64,000 nt of DNA from Callorhinchus milii (taxonomy: Eukaryota). Where the stretch lies: contig NW_024704745.1 of the NCBI RefSeq assembly GCF_018977255.1, forward strand, positions 12,214,001 to 12,278,000. The letters run 5' to 3'. The notes below the pieces were generated by a model. The model had not been told where the DNA came from, did no database searches, and saw only the letters and a list, made by a program, of their open reading frames with translations. This document shows, one piece after another, positions 38,360 to 51,437 of this stretch; position 1 is the first letter of the stretch, and the number at the start of each line of letters is the position of its first letter. The position numbers and the translations under genes were made by a program.

Positions 38360-40151
38360 AAGGTAGATATAATTATTGTAGTCATCAAGATTGATTGTAA
38401 GTTTTGAAATAATAATGCCCCTTTGAACTCCTCCCCCTCTGAACTCCTCAACCTCCCTGGACTGTTCCTCAGACTCTCCGAACCCATGCGCAATTTAGGT
38501 ATCAGGTTCAATCCCCAGCTTTCCTTTCTACCACACATCCATTCCCTGACCAGGACCGCTTTTTTCCACCACTGCAACATTGCCCGCCTCTGGCTTTACC
38601 TCACAAGCGACGCAGCTGGAACCCTCGTCCAAGCCTTTATCACTTCCCGGCTGGACTATTCTAATGCCTCCCCAGCTCCACCATACACAAAATCCAGTTA
38701 ATTCAAAACTCGCAAAACTGCCGTCTGAATACTCACCCGCATGAAACTCTATACCCCCATCACACCAGTCTTAGCCTGGCTCCCAATCACCGAAGAGATC
38801 GATTTCAAGATCCTTTCACTCGTTTTCAAATCCCTTCATGCCCTCGCACCTCCCTACCTACCTGACCGGCTGCCTCCGGCCTCCTGTTTGTCCCTCGTGC
38901 CCTCTGTGCCCACTATTCTGGAACTCTCTCCCTCAATCCCCCTGCCTTGTACTCTCCCTACCTTCAAATGTTATTATTGTTGTAAAGGCCTTCCTTTTTG
39001 ATAGTTCTTACGCTCACCTCGCCCCTTCCTCTTCCCCTTGGCTTGTCTAGACTCCGCCACTGTGAAGTGCTCTGGAATGCTACCTCGTATGAAGGGCGCT
39101 ATATAAATGCAAGTTGTTATTGTTGGTACTTGAATTCTTCACCGTTTTTTCGAACAGTTTTTCCACAAAAGGATGGGATTTGGGTACCATCCTGAGGAGC
39201 GGTAAATTAGTATGGACTTACCATTTTCATTGCTGGGTTTCAGCAATGAATCGAGATTGGTCCCAGAATCTATAAAAGAGACACGTAGATTAGATTGGTG
39301 GATTGAGCAGAATAATGGCAAATTAAATTTAATGCACAAATGTACATTTAGAGAGAAAACATATAATGTAAGGCAAGCCTCCTATTAACAAATTATGAAC
39401 TGGCGAAATCAAGTTAATCAAGTTACAGATTCATCCCTGATTATGAGAGCCTCTATGAAATATAAAATGTGGTAAGTTAACTAAGTACTGATGTTATATA
39501 TGTTATGCTGTATTCTATTGTGCGCAATTCATAATATTGAGGCATATAAAATAACATAATAAGTTGGTCATTTTCAATCCACAACTCTTTGTGGGACACT
39601 GCTGTGCGCAATTGGCTGCTGCATTTTGCCCACAAGATATGCAGTCAATTCACTTTACAGTATGTTCTGTAAAGCACTTTGAGATGTCTAAAAGACATGA
39701 AAAGCGCTATATCAAATGCAAGGATTATTATTATAAAAAGCACAGAGTGGGATGCATTCAACATTACTTTTCTTCCTTCATCCTCTAGTAATTACAAAAT
39801 GTACTTTGACAGAGAGATTAGTTATAACTTTCGCTTGACGTTCTAAAGTGGAAAAGCTACATATGTAGATTCCTTCATCATGGAAAAATGCATTCTGCAG
39901 GTTAAGGGATGCTTGCAGTGTACCATTATTTATACTTGGCGAAACCTCAGTTCTGTTTGCATAGGTTGGATCCTGCTCTTCTTGTAGATGTTTATTATTT
40001 CTGATACGATACACAAAACCTTTGGATCCCATTTTGTTCCATGTAATCGTAAGGTGTTCTGGGTTGTCATCGATGGTAAAGCTACCGTTCAACGTAATAT
40101 CTTCCCCAATAGTTGCTTTAATAGAAATAATCCGAGGATCATTGCTTACAT
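38360..40151 (-). pseudogene. B7-family (HHLA2/VTCN1-like) V-C pseudogene
   Basis: V exon 40151 to about 39805 (QDPTYANRT, DEGIYIC) ends in phase 0 whereas the next acceptor (exon start 39269) is phase 1. The C exon has IYRSSGWYPNPILLW (no Cys), stops at about 39139 and is cut by an L2 insertion. A probable remnant (SKLTINLDDYNNYIY) resumes at about 38420-38360. No leader found. Confidence 0.7.
38420..39125 (+). mobile_element. L2 3' fragment inserted into the B7-pseudogene C exon
   Basis: MRNLGIRFNPQLSF...FITSRLDYSN; tail gcgctatataaatgcaagttgttattgtt. Confidence 0.8.
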
Positions 40152-41769
40152 CTAGAAATAAAATAAAATACAGAATTACAGTTTGAAACAATGAATTATC
40201 TTTTAATAATGTCTACAACAATAGAATATTACATTATTCCTCATAATACTAAGAATCATAGAATTTTACAGCACAGAAGGAAGCTATTCATCCCCACCGT
40301 GGCTGAAGAGCTACCAACCGGTCACACTCCCTCGCTCTTACCCTATAGCACTGCAAATTTATAGAATCATAGAATTAAGATTGAATGTTTCACCAGATGG
40401 CTTGTTACAGTCTATTATATTGTACAGTCTTTTTGATGCCACATTAACCCCTTGTTAGGAAAACGGTGCTTGTTTCTTTTATTGTCCATAAAATATCAGT
40501 TGTAGAGATCACTAGTGGAGAGACGCATCTCAGCAAAATCAACCGAGGGGTTCTACTAGTGAATACGGTACAGTAACACTCATAAGTCTGATCTGTCTAA
40601 ATCATATAAACAACAACTTGCATTTATATGGTGTCCCTCACGCAGGGTCGCATACCGGAGCACTTGACAGTGGCAGAGTCTGACTCCGAGCCAGGGGAAG
40701 GGGTGGGGGGGAGGTGGTCGTAAGCACGATCAAAAGGGAAGGTCTTTAGGTGGGGTTTGAAGGTGGGTATGGAGGGAGCGAGGTGGAGGGATTGAGGGTG
40801 AAAGTAGAGTAGAGGGCCCAGAGAACATGAGGGACAAACAGGAGGCTGGAGCCAACTGGGGGGAGGCAGCGGGTGGTGGAGTGGGGGGCAAGCAGGTCAG
40901 ATAGGTATGGGTTCTGAGGGAGCGCCCGGGGAGGTTGATCACCTAAGTCATACTTAGGTGTATTTCTTATACATGTGCTGTTGTAGTTGGTATAGGTTAT
41001 GCAGGTTTCACATAACTCATACTTTGCATAAGTCATATTAAATGTATTGTTGCAAATGATACGACTTATGTGAGGATTACTGTTAGCTGACATTAGCTGA
41101 GCCACAGAGACACAAATATTCAAGATTCAATCCCTACCCGGTCTCTACTTATTTTAGTTGAGCACCACTAGGAGGCGCTGTTATTGGCTTCAGGATCTCC
41201 AGGTTAGGAAGAGAAAGCTAACAAGTTTTACTCCTTATAATCTTCACCTCACACCTCACAACAACAAAAAAAAACCAATGCAACGAAGGTATTTATTTGA
41301 TCGTCTGGCTTTTTTTCCCCCATTCCTTGGCAGGGATAGATGTTTGTCCAGCTCAGAGAACCCCAGGTCTCTCTCTGCGCCGATGGGACCCTGGAACGAA
41401 CTCTGGGGGTTGACTACTAACACCTCCTGCCCCTGCCCTCCATAAGGTCTCTGCCACCTCCACCCCAACCCCCCCACCCCCACTCAAGTGCCAACCGCGA
41501 AGAAATTGAGTGCTGATTCTCAGAGGGTTACTTTCGACACTGACTGATGTTTCCACTTTCTTTCTCGCTGGAAACCTCAGCGACGCTGACTTCCAAACCA
41601 CAGAGGATCTGGGTCGCGTTTGCTCGTTCGGGGGGCGGAGGAGGAGACGTTGTCTGTCGCCTGTGGTGTGTTTTGATTTGCAGGGGATTTGGGTGTATTT
41701 TTTTCTCTCTCTCTCGCTCAGTCTTTTTATTTTGCAGGAGAGAAGGGGTAAACAGGAGGTGTCAGTAAC

Positions 41770-42087
41770 AATAATAATAATAATAATCCTTGCATTTGAT
41801 ATAGCGCTTTTCACGTCTTCTAGTCGTCCCAATGCACTTCACAGAATAGACTGTAAAGTGAATTGCAGGTATATTTGTGGGCAAACGCGGCAGCCAATTG
41901 CGCACAGCAATGTCCCACAAACAGTCATGGATTGAAAATGACCAATTTATTATTGTTTTGTTTTGGAGCGATTATTATTAGGCTCTGTGTGGAGTAAGGA
42001 AACTTGCCCAAGGTTTCGCCCTCTGCCTGGAATTGAACTCGGGTGTCTCACTTGCAAAGCAAGCGCTCTAACCACTGAGCTGCAGGA
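41770..42087 (-). mobile_element. tRNA-derived SINE, short subfamily
   Basis: Full reverse-complement copy. Confidence 0.9.
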
Positions 42088-43222
42088 TGCAACGTACCTT
42101 TCCTTTGCTCGATGGCGTGTTTGATCTCCCCCAGCAACAGCACAAGCCACAGAGAAACCACAGCCAGGCAGCGAAGAAGAAAGATTGCAAAGGCATCCGT
42201 TTGCTATTGAGTGAAGGACAACAACAACATGCTCTCATCATACAACGCCCTTTCAACTTCGGGAGGCTGTCTGTCTCCCACAAGCGCTTCACACAACTCA
42301 GGACCACCTTCCTTCCCCCTGTTAGGGCTTTGGCTCTCGAAATTCCACCCACCTATTTATTCTCAGTCTGTTTGTCTTAAAATGTTTAATTGTACAATGG
42401 TGTGTGCTGGGGGTGGGGGTGGTGGTCAGTTATAATTTGGAAGCCATTTGTTTTCAAGTATTGTGGAAAAACAATTTCCAAATAATGACTTAACTGTTTT
42501 TATTTTTCACCATTCTGCCATAGCTTCAATTTGATGGCAGAAAGGTCTGATAGGCTAAGAAAGGGTCATATTTCTATATAACGTTTTATATAAAGTATCT
42601 GCAATATAATATTTCTTGTATTGCCCAAATGTTACAGAGGAGCCTAAACAATAGTCAATACACTTGACAGTATATCCCATAAATATAAAAGAAAATATAT
42701 TTTATGTTTTACAAAATATGAAAGAAAATACATTATTTTATCTGACATAAAAGCAGCTATATAAAATGCAAAGATTATTTATTACTATAGATGCTGAGCG
42801 CGTTTGATGTTATGCTTGGAATCAGAGACTGCATATTTATTATTTTACACGTTTGCTACAATTCGCACCTTTTTCAATCCGAATATCCCACTTTGCATTT
42901 TATAGATCCGTCGATGTACAATTTAGAATGTAAATTGTATTATATTGTTATAGATCCGCTGACCTAGCGCAATTGCCTGCCACCTTTTGCTCACCAAATA
43001 TAGCCAATTCATTTTACAATATATTCTGTGAAGCGCTTTGAGACATCTCAATGACGTGATGAGGCGCTGAATCAAATGCAAGGATTATTATTATTTAACA
43101 CGAATAATTAGTAATACTAATATTGCAGTTATTGTTTAAGAAAAATCTGTTTGATTTGTGTTGGATAATCAGAGGCAACAAGTCGTAGAATTTAGCCGCT
43201 TCTTTATTACAAAATGACTTAC

Positions 43223-45441
43223 TCGGGGTGAAGCTGATCCTCTCTGTACCCGGTGGGATGAGGGTGATGTGCTGAACCTGACAGGTGACAGCAGAGCCCA
43301 GGTGCCAGTCAGGGGTTTGGAGGCTCAGCCGTGAGCTCAGGGTGAAGGTCCCGTCGCTGTTCACTGTGAGAGATGCGGACTCTGTCTCATGCGGTACATC
43401 TCCCGTTACCATCCAGGAAACATTCAGATCTCTTGGGAGAAATCCCGCAGCCACACAGGTCAGAGTCTGAATTCCAGAGGTCCCACTCTCTGGTTCAGCT
43501 GAGAGCTGGACTTGGGGTTTGACTGTAAGATAAATAATTATCTTAAGATACATAATTAACATTGGACGCAAAAAGGACAGTGTTTATAACTACCTGCACT
43601 TATCAAGCAGTGACACTGGCCCATTTCAATCCCTAATTTCCACACACCTACTTGCATCGAAAGCCAGATTGCAAAGGCAGTGAGTGGTTGGTTCCAACAC
43701 TTGTTAAAAAAAAAAATTGCGTTAAAAAAATGGCGCACGAAAGAGACCCCAGAAATCTCAACATCAACCGAACCAACACTCCCGCTCCAGCACATGCAGC
43801 GCCACTTGAGAGGAACGAGTGAACCACAGTAACAGCACTGAATCTGTGACTGATATATGTGTGCCTTTGCCATACCCCACCAGCATCGGTAACTGTTGTT
43901 GGCATTGCCGAGGCAATGTGCCACACGGCTGGACCTGGGCGTAAAGGAGGCTCACATTTGATGCCACTTTGTGTCTTTGAACATGTGCCCCCCCCGCCAC
44001 TCCCTCCCTCCCTGGATAAAGATCCCAGCCCGAGGCTAATTTCCTCCCTCACTAAATAGTAAAATACCCTCTTATTCCTAATGCGGCTCCAGCAAACTCT
44101 GCACAGACCAGGGATCATAGCTGGAAGATATTAGGTTTCATTTAAACAGATAGACAAGATACTGTGCCTCGGAATGTCAAACTGGTTTCATTCCCTGTGA
44201 ATTCTCTTCTGAGCAGAGGGTCCTCCACTACAATCAGTAGTTATTGGCGGTAGTTATAATACTCGCCGATGTCAATCGCAGCAATGACATCGATCACAAG
44301 CAGGCTGAAAGGCAAGTTTAAGCCTTTAGACACGGCTGTACGATGGTTAGACTGAATTGCTTTCATGCCTTGTGTCGGATTGCGGCTTCGGTCTCTTCGA
44401 TACCAGTAATAAATGAAGTATTTGATCTCTCCCCTGGTATGCGCAGAGCAGTTGAACCGAGCTGTGTCTCCAGGTTTCAGTGACAGAGGACGGAGACTGG
44501 TGGACTTGAAGACTGGTAATCACAGCTGTAAATGAGAGACTTGGTGTAGCCGTTACATTTGCGGTTACATACTATATTGCATAGTATTATGGTTAAGCCC
44601 TAAACCTATTCCAGTTATTAAAATTACTGCTATAATCTAATATCTCCATGTGGTGAGAGAGTTGCCATCGCACGATACGTCTTTAAACGAGCATTGAAGG
44701 ATTCTCAAAGAAATCAGCAATTGATGATTTTTACTTTGCAAACTTATATAAAATTAGCTATTGCATTTGTGTCTGTTATGCATCGATTGGTCGAAGTGTG
44801 TTACAGTAAGTTGAATTTTCATTTCATGCTCGATAAAAGTTCTTAGCGCAACCTTCCAAAAATGTCCAAAACAACAATCCATAAATGCTCATAACATCAC
44901 AGACGTTAGTCAAAATGAATTGATCCATAAAGGGCTGAAATACTCTAGATTGTGGAACCATGTTTAACAGCAAAAAAAGCTGATTTATTGGATCGAATGT
45001 CATCAAATGCAGATAAGAAAAACAACGTGGCAGAAAACTCTATAGTGATGTATCCAAAGGTAGAACGGGTCTTAAGATTATCAGATCTGTAGGTTTGAAA
45101 TCCAGAGGAAACATATTTCTAAACGGACGCCTTATTAGATAACTAATAATTGTATCAATCATTTAAAAAAAGAATGCAAATGAAATCATAGAAATGGACA
45201 ATAAAATGAACCGGATAAACGACTATACAAAAAGGTACTTTATAGATGGCATCTGGAATTTCTATGTATAAGTGGGATGGCATGGAATTCTCAGTTTGGT
45301 TTGGCTATCCTTAAGCATGGTAATGGGTTTCCACATGTGTTAGACATCTGCTTGATCAAATAAAAATAGAGATAACGTCTAAACTTACGCAGACTTACCT
45401 GAGCTGCATAAAATAAGAAGCACTTCTCGCCAGTCAGCCAT
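43223..45441 (-). pseudogene. NKp30-like V(J)-C1 receptor pseudogene, copy A2: intact leader and C1, disrupted divergent V
   Basis: Leader 45441-45399 (MADWREVLLILCSS, G|GTAAGT). V 44525-44168 (358 nt, not a multiple of 3): frameshift before LKPGDTARFNC, then YYWYR, an in-frame TAA, no second Cys, EFTGNETSL and a GC donor. C1 43522-43223 is open and about 96% identical to the A1 C1 after its first 22 nt. No TM exon identified. Confidence 0.8.
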
Positions 45442-45889
45442 TTATGTATTAAATGTGAGGCTACCTTTTAGAGATAACTGTGCAGAAATGTCACAGAGCA
45501 GCGATCTGCTCAATAGAGTTGAGTTTTATTGAATGACTGGAGCACTGACTGCACTTGTCCAGCCCTTCTTTCATATCTCACTCAGCAAGATTTCATGACT
45601 ACCCACCGTGACACAGCTGACCACTGCATTTCAGGATATTTAACATCAGATCAGTGATAATTGGTACAATCAAAAAATATTCTTCTTCTTGGCCTGCTCC
45701 CCACTAATTCAGATTAATAGATGAATTCCTCATGTTTGATTAACCCGTTTCTTCTCCTACGACCCATTAAAACATCATCAATACTAATACATTTTAACAG
45801 TGGATTAATCGGTGTTAATGATTAGTGATTAGGACAGAATGTCTCATTGCACAGTTGCGGTGACCACTGCTGCTTTACAGTCCTACAGA

Positions 45890-46035
45890 GATTGTCTGAC
45901 AAAATGCAAAATACTGCAGTTGCTGGAAATCTGAAACAAAAACAGAAGTCGCTGGGAACACTCAGCAGCTCAAAGTTGACTCACTTTCCTTTCTCCAAAG
46001 ATGCTGCCTGACCTGCTGAGTGTTCCCAGAGATTG
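45890..46035. repeat. Short palindromic repeat with a perfect 17-bp inverted repeat (probably a Penelope-terminus derivative)
   Basis: ctgggaacactcagcag (45952-45968) and ctgctgagtgttcccag (46013-46029); a degraded relative at about 9970-10110. Family assignment is inference. Confidence 0.6.
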
Positions 46036-46380
46036 TCTGACCTCTGTTACCTAACCTGCCAGTTGTTATATGTGACCCGAGGCATTGAGCATCAAGATGG
46101 TATTCAACCATTGGGGTGGCGCCTATGCAGTCACTATCCAGTAAAATCTTTTGAGACATTTCAACAATGTGATAAGGTGTTATATCAGATACGAGGTTTA
46201 TTATTATGCAATGGAAAGGAATGCATCCTGCTTATCTAATTCCGGAAAGTATTAGGTGCAGGTTGGCAAGAGCCAAGGCTTGGGGACCCCAACATGTGCA
46301 TTGGGGTACTGCTGGAGTCTAATCAGCTGTCTGGCAAGCTTTCCAACTAGAACTACTGAGCAAGGCTAGAGCCATGCGGA

Positions 46381-46757
46381 GGTCTGTAGCTCAGTGGTTA
46401 GAGCATTCCCCTCGCAAGTGACAGGACCTGGGTGCGATTCCTGGCAGGGCGAAACGCTGGGCAAATTTCCTTACTCCACATGCCTCTGTTTATCTAGCAG
46501 AAAGCAGGAACCCGGTTGTTAGTCGATCGGCGGATCGCTTCTCCGGGGGTAATCATTCCTTCAAAAAATGTAATAATAATTTGGTCACTCGATCCAACAC
46601 TGTTTGTGGGACACTGCTGTGCGCAATTGGCTGCCACGTTTTGCCCACAAAACATACAGTCAATTCAATGCACAGTATATTCTCAGAATCGCTTTGAGAC
46701 GTCTCGAAGATATGATAAGGCACTATATTAAATACAAGGATTATTATTATTATTATC
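46381..46757 (+). mobile_element. tRNA-derived SINE, long subfamily
   Basis: Head, internal extra segment, (ATT)n tail. Confidence 0.85.
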
Positions 46758-46786
46758 ATCAGTGCCCTGGGTCACCTCCCACACTT

Positions 46787-48750
46787 ACAACAACAACAAG
46801 ATTCCATTTATAAAGCACCTTTCACGTCAGGAGGACGTCCCAAGGCGCTGCACAGTTGGGTCATGACCCGAGCAGGGGGGAAATGGTCAGGGTGAGGGGA
46901 GGGAAGGGAGGGAGAGAGGAGGGGGGAAATGGTCAGGGTGAGAGGAGGGAAAGGAGGAGCGAGAAGGGGGAAGAGAGTCGAGAGGGGAGCTGAAGGCACG
47001 GTCAAAGAGAAAGGTTTTGAGACCGGCCTTGAAGGAGGAAAGGGAGGAAGCGGCGAAGGCACTGGGGGATAGAGTTCCAGAGCCTCGGGGCTGAGAGGCT
47101 GAAGGCCCGACCACCGATGGTAGGGCGATTGGGGCGGGGGACGTGGAGCAGGCCGGAGGAACGGAGGGTACGGGCAGGTAGGTTGGGGGATAGTAGGTTG
47201 GAGAGGTAGGAGGGAGCAAGGCCGTGAATGGCCTTGTAGGTGAGGATGAGGATCTTGAAATCAATCCTCTGGGGGATGGGGAGCCAGTGGAGGCGAGCGA
47301 GGGTGGGAGTGATGTGGTCCCGAAGCCTGGTGCGGGACAGTACACGAGCTGCAGAGTTCTGAATGACCTGCAGCTTGTGGAGGGAGGTGGCGGGAAGGCC
47401 GGCGAGGAGAGAGTTCCCATAGTCCAGCCTTGAGGTGACAAAGGCGTGAACCAGGGTTTCAGCAGCGTGAGGGGTGAGGTAGTGCCGTAGTCTGGCGATG
47501 TTCCGGAGGTGATGGAAGGCGGTGCCAGTTGTGGTGCGGATGTGAGGGAGAAAGGACAGCTCAGGGTCGAACAAAACGCCGAGGTTCCTGACTGGCTTTG
47601 AGAGGTGGAGAGTGCAGCCTTGGATGCTGATGGTGTCGGCGCCTGAGGTGCGGAGGCGCTGACGTGAGCCAATCAGGAGGGCCTCGGTTTTTCGCACGTT
47701 GAGCTGAAGAAAGTTGTCTCTCGTCCAGGACTCGATGTCGGACAGGCAGGCTGTCAGGACATCGGTGGTCGTGGAGTTGAGAGTAGAGGAGGAAAGGTAG
47801 AGTTGGGTGTCATCCGCATACATGTGGAAGTTAACCCCATGTCTGCGGATGATGTCACCAAGGGGGAGCATATAGAGGGTGAAGAGGAGGGGACCGAGGA
47901 CAGAGCCCTGAGGGACACCACATGAGACAGTACGGGGGGTGGAGGAGAAGCCATTCGTCGAGACAAAGTGAAGACGGTGAGAAAGGTACGACCTAAACCA
48001 CTCAAGGACAGTGCCTTGAAGGTTGAGGTGGGAGGACAAGCGGTGGAGTAGGATAGCGTGGTCGACCGTATCGAATGCTGCCGATAGGTCGAGGAGGACG
48101 AGGAGGCAGAGGGAGCCCTGGTCACAGATGGTCAGGATATCATTGGTGACCTTGACCAGGGCAGTTTCTGTGCTATGGGCAGCACGGAAACCTGACTGAA
48201 GGGGTTCGAAAAGAGAATGGGTGGAAAGGAAAGAGCGCAGTTGGGAGGCGACAACTCTTTCCAGGACCTTGGAGAGAAAGGGGAGGTTGGAGATGGGCCG
48301 GTAGCTTGATAGCTGCGACGCATCAAGGGAGGGTTTTTTCAGGGTGGGCGTGATGGTGGCAGTTTTTAAGGGAATGGGACAGAGCCAGAGGAGAGGGACA
48401 GGTTGATGATGTCGGTGATATGTGGGGCAAGAAAGTGGAGCTGGGAGATAAGGAGTGGAGTGGGGATGGGGTCAAGGGAGCAGGTGGTTGGTTTTAGGGA
48501 TAGGATGAGTTTGTGACAGAGGGTGGGGAAACGGGTACAAAAGTGAGTAGGGGAGGATGGGTAGCAGTCGGAGTGTGGGAGTGAGGGGGTGGGGGGTTGG
48601 TGGATGTTGGAGGGGAAGTGACCGCGGAGCGAATTCCCTTGATCTTGGATTCAAGGAAATCCAGCATCTCCTCGCAGTGAAGGTTGGAGGAGATGACCTG
48701 CGTGGGGTGGCGGGGGGGACGGAGGAGTCGGGTTGTGGTGGAAAACAAGT
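46787..48750 (-). mobile_element. L2 LINE, about 2 kb, 5'-truncated and relatively young (RT domain largely open)
   Basis: ORF 47002-48039 [13 protein letters not shown]...[10 protein letters not shown]; intact stem-loop tail and (TTG)n. Confidence 0.95.
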
Positions 48751-49130
48751 ATAATTCATGTGATAAATATTGGATGTACAGCTAAATTCACCCTAATTAA
48801 CGTTTTTTTAAAAAAAACAAAAGTTAACGTTAATTATTTTTTTAAAAATAGCTGATCGGACTCTTCGTAAAATCTGCCTCCAGTGCAATACTCAGTTTCA
48901 CTCTGTTTCATGAATTGTATTTTGCTTTCAGTTTCGTTTCTCTATTCCTTCTTATGTGAAAACAGGTTGGAAGTTAACTCGAAACTGCAGCGAGAAAAGT
49001 AGGTATGTTTATTTCTCCCTCAGTTCTTGTAAATGAGAATGGACCAATTTCATTTAATATTAAATCTACTGCTTGTGTCTTGAGTAATGGCTTATTGACA
49101 CTATCCTGTGAGTTGCCAGGGACAGATAAA

Positions 49131-49455
49131 AATAATAATAATAATAATCCTTACATTTGATATAGCACTTTTCACGTCGGGAGGACGTCCCAAAGCGCTT
49201 CACAGAACACACTGTAAAGTGAATTGACTGTGTATTTGTGGGCGAATGTGGCAGCCAATTGCGCACAGCAATGTCCCACAAACAGTCGTAGATTGAAAAT
49301 GACCAATTTATTATTGTTTTTGGTTTTTGGAGGGATTATTATTAGGCTCTGTGTGGGGTAAGGAAACTTGCCCAAGGTTTCGCCCTCTGCCTGGAATTGA
49401 ACTCAGGTCTCTCACTTACAAAGCGAGTGCTCTAACCACTGAGCTACAGGACTCC
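49131..49455 (-). mobile_element. tRNA-derived SINE, short subfamily
   Basis: Full reverse-complement copy. Confidence 0.9.
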
Positions 49456-50175
49456 AGATTGTGTTAAATGATCACTTGCCTTATGTTGTGCTCTAGTCTA
49501 GGTGTCTGCCTTGGCCGCTCGACTATTCAGAGAAAGAACAGCCAGAAAACCTCTTCGAGAAGGCAACAGTCAAGCAGTCAACTGCACTCTCGCCTGTGTT
49601 TGGGCTGTTTTCAGGGAGAGACAAGGTTCAGGGAGACAACGCTGACCACAACTGAGGTGGGGGTGGGGTGGAGAGATCAGCAGAATGGCGCAATAGGGCA
49701 CATATAGGTCAATGTCCTCAAAAGGCAGCTCTCAGTCACAAGCTTGGTCCATCAGTCTGTGTGTGTGTCTGTGTGTGTATCGTATTGTGTTTTGCATTTT
49801 ACATCTACAAATCTTTACTTGTATCCCTGCATTTAACAGACATGTGTGTTTGATCATTCCAACACTTAGAATCTGAATGATAGGAACACAGTTTGCTTTG
49901 GTGCTTTGACCCTTTTTATACACTTAATCTTTGTTTTATATATATATTGGTTAATATCACAGGACTATGCCCTTATGGATATTGTTACCATTGAATTATT
50001 TACAATATTTGAAAGTTACACTGTATAATTTATAACAAATGCATTGAGACATGTGTATGATACTCATTTGTAACCTTAAAAATTTTGATCTGCCGGGATA
50101 CCAGTGATGAGGTCAGAAGGAGATGTGCAATAGGCTCAGTAAACAAGGAAGTAACTCAGGGTTTGGCATTACTTT

Positions 50176-50470
50176 GTCCTGTAGCTCAGTGGTTAGAGAA
50201 CTCACCTCGCAAGAGGACAATCGCGTTGGAAACCTGATGAAATTTTAGGCAAGTTTCTTTAATCCGCACGCCTCTGTTTACCTAGCAGTAAGTAGGAACC
50301 CGGTTGTTAGTTGATTGGCGGATCGCTTTTCCAGGGGTAATGATCCCTTCAAAAGAATAATAATTTAGTCACTCGATCCATGACTGTTTGTGGGAGGCTA
50401 CTGTGCGCAATTGGCTTTAAGTCATCTCGAAGACGTGACAAGGAGCTGTATCAAATGGAAGGGCTATTAT
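50176..50470 (+). mobile_element. tRNA-derived SINE, long subfamily, internally deleted
   Basis: Head and extra segment present, core partly missing. Confidence 0.8.
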
Positions 50471-50741
50471 TGTTACTTGATACCAAAATCAAACGATTGA
50501 TCTATAATGTACGGAGAAGCTGAGTGGGTATACGGTGCTGAGTGCTGTATATTCAAGTCTGTGTACTTGACGTGTTGAAATGTGAAAGTGTACTCTGTGT
50601 ACAGATGCCAGAATGTGCAAATATTTTTATATTAATGGATAATGTGTAGTATCAAAGGGTGCAGGTTATTTTAGTGGTGTTGGTGCTAACTTTAGCACTA
50701 GTCTAACTGGAAGTTATATTAGTTTACGAACCTATATTGAT

Positions 50742-51095
50742 GGAGTCCTATAGCGTTTTGGTTAGAGCACAGGCCCCACTAGCGAGAGGATCCGGGTTTG
50801 ACTCCCGAGCAGGACGAAATCTTAGGCAAATTTGCTTGCTCCACATATCTCTGTTTACTTATAGTAAGTAGGAACGCGGATGTTATTCGATTGGCAGTTC
50901 ATTTTTCAGGGATAATAATCCTTTAAAAAATTATAACTTGGTCACTCAATCCAAGACTGTTTGTGGGATACTTGGCTGCTGCGTTTCACCCACAAAATAT
51001 ACAATCGATTCACTTCACAGTATATTCTGTGAAGTGCTTTGATACATCTCAATAACGTGATCAGGTGCTATATCAACTGGAAGAATTATTATTAT
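50742..51095 (+). mobile_element. tRNA-derived SINE, long subfamily
   Basis: Diverged full-length copy. Confidence 0.8.
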
Positions 51096-51437
51096 AAATC
51101 TGAGCCATAGTTACTAGCTATTAAGGATAGGTTTTTCATCACTGTAAAAGATTGCCTTGTAATGGAAGGACTTTCGGGGTGATATTTCTAAACCTGCCAC
51201 AACTTGTCTCTCCTGGATACTTGTGACCAATGTAGAACAGGCTTTTGCATTGGCAGATCAGACAGAGTTCTATTTATGGCAAAAAACCTGACACGAGAAA
51301 ACGTTCAGCATTAACTGCTTTTATTCCTCATTCTGTGATTTCTAAAGTGTTGAAAAGTTTACAATAATAATAATAATAATAGTAGAGCTTGTGTTTGAAA
51401 TCATGCCTTATCACGTCATGGAGGCCTTTAAAAAAAA

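Noticed and set aside
42380-43222. TM or cytoplasmic exons for copy A2
   Set aside because: The acceptors examined (about 42644, 42554) give non-hydrophobic short peptides.
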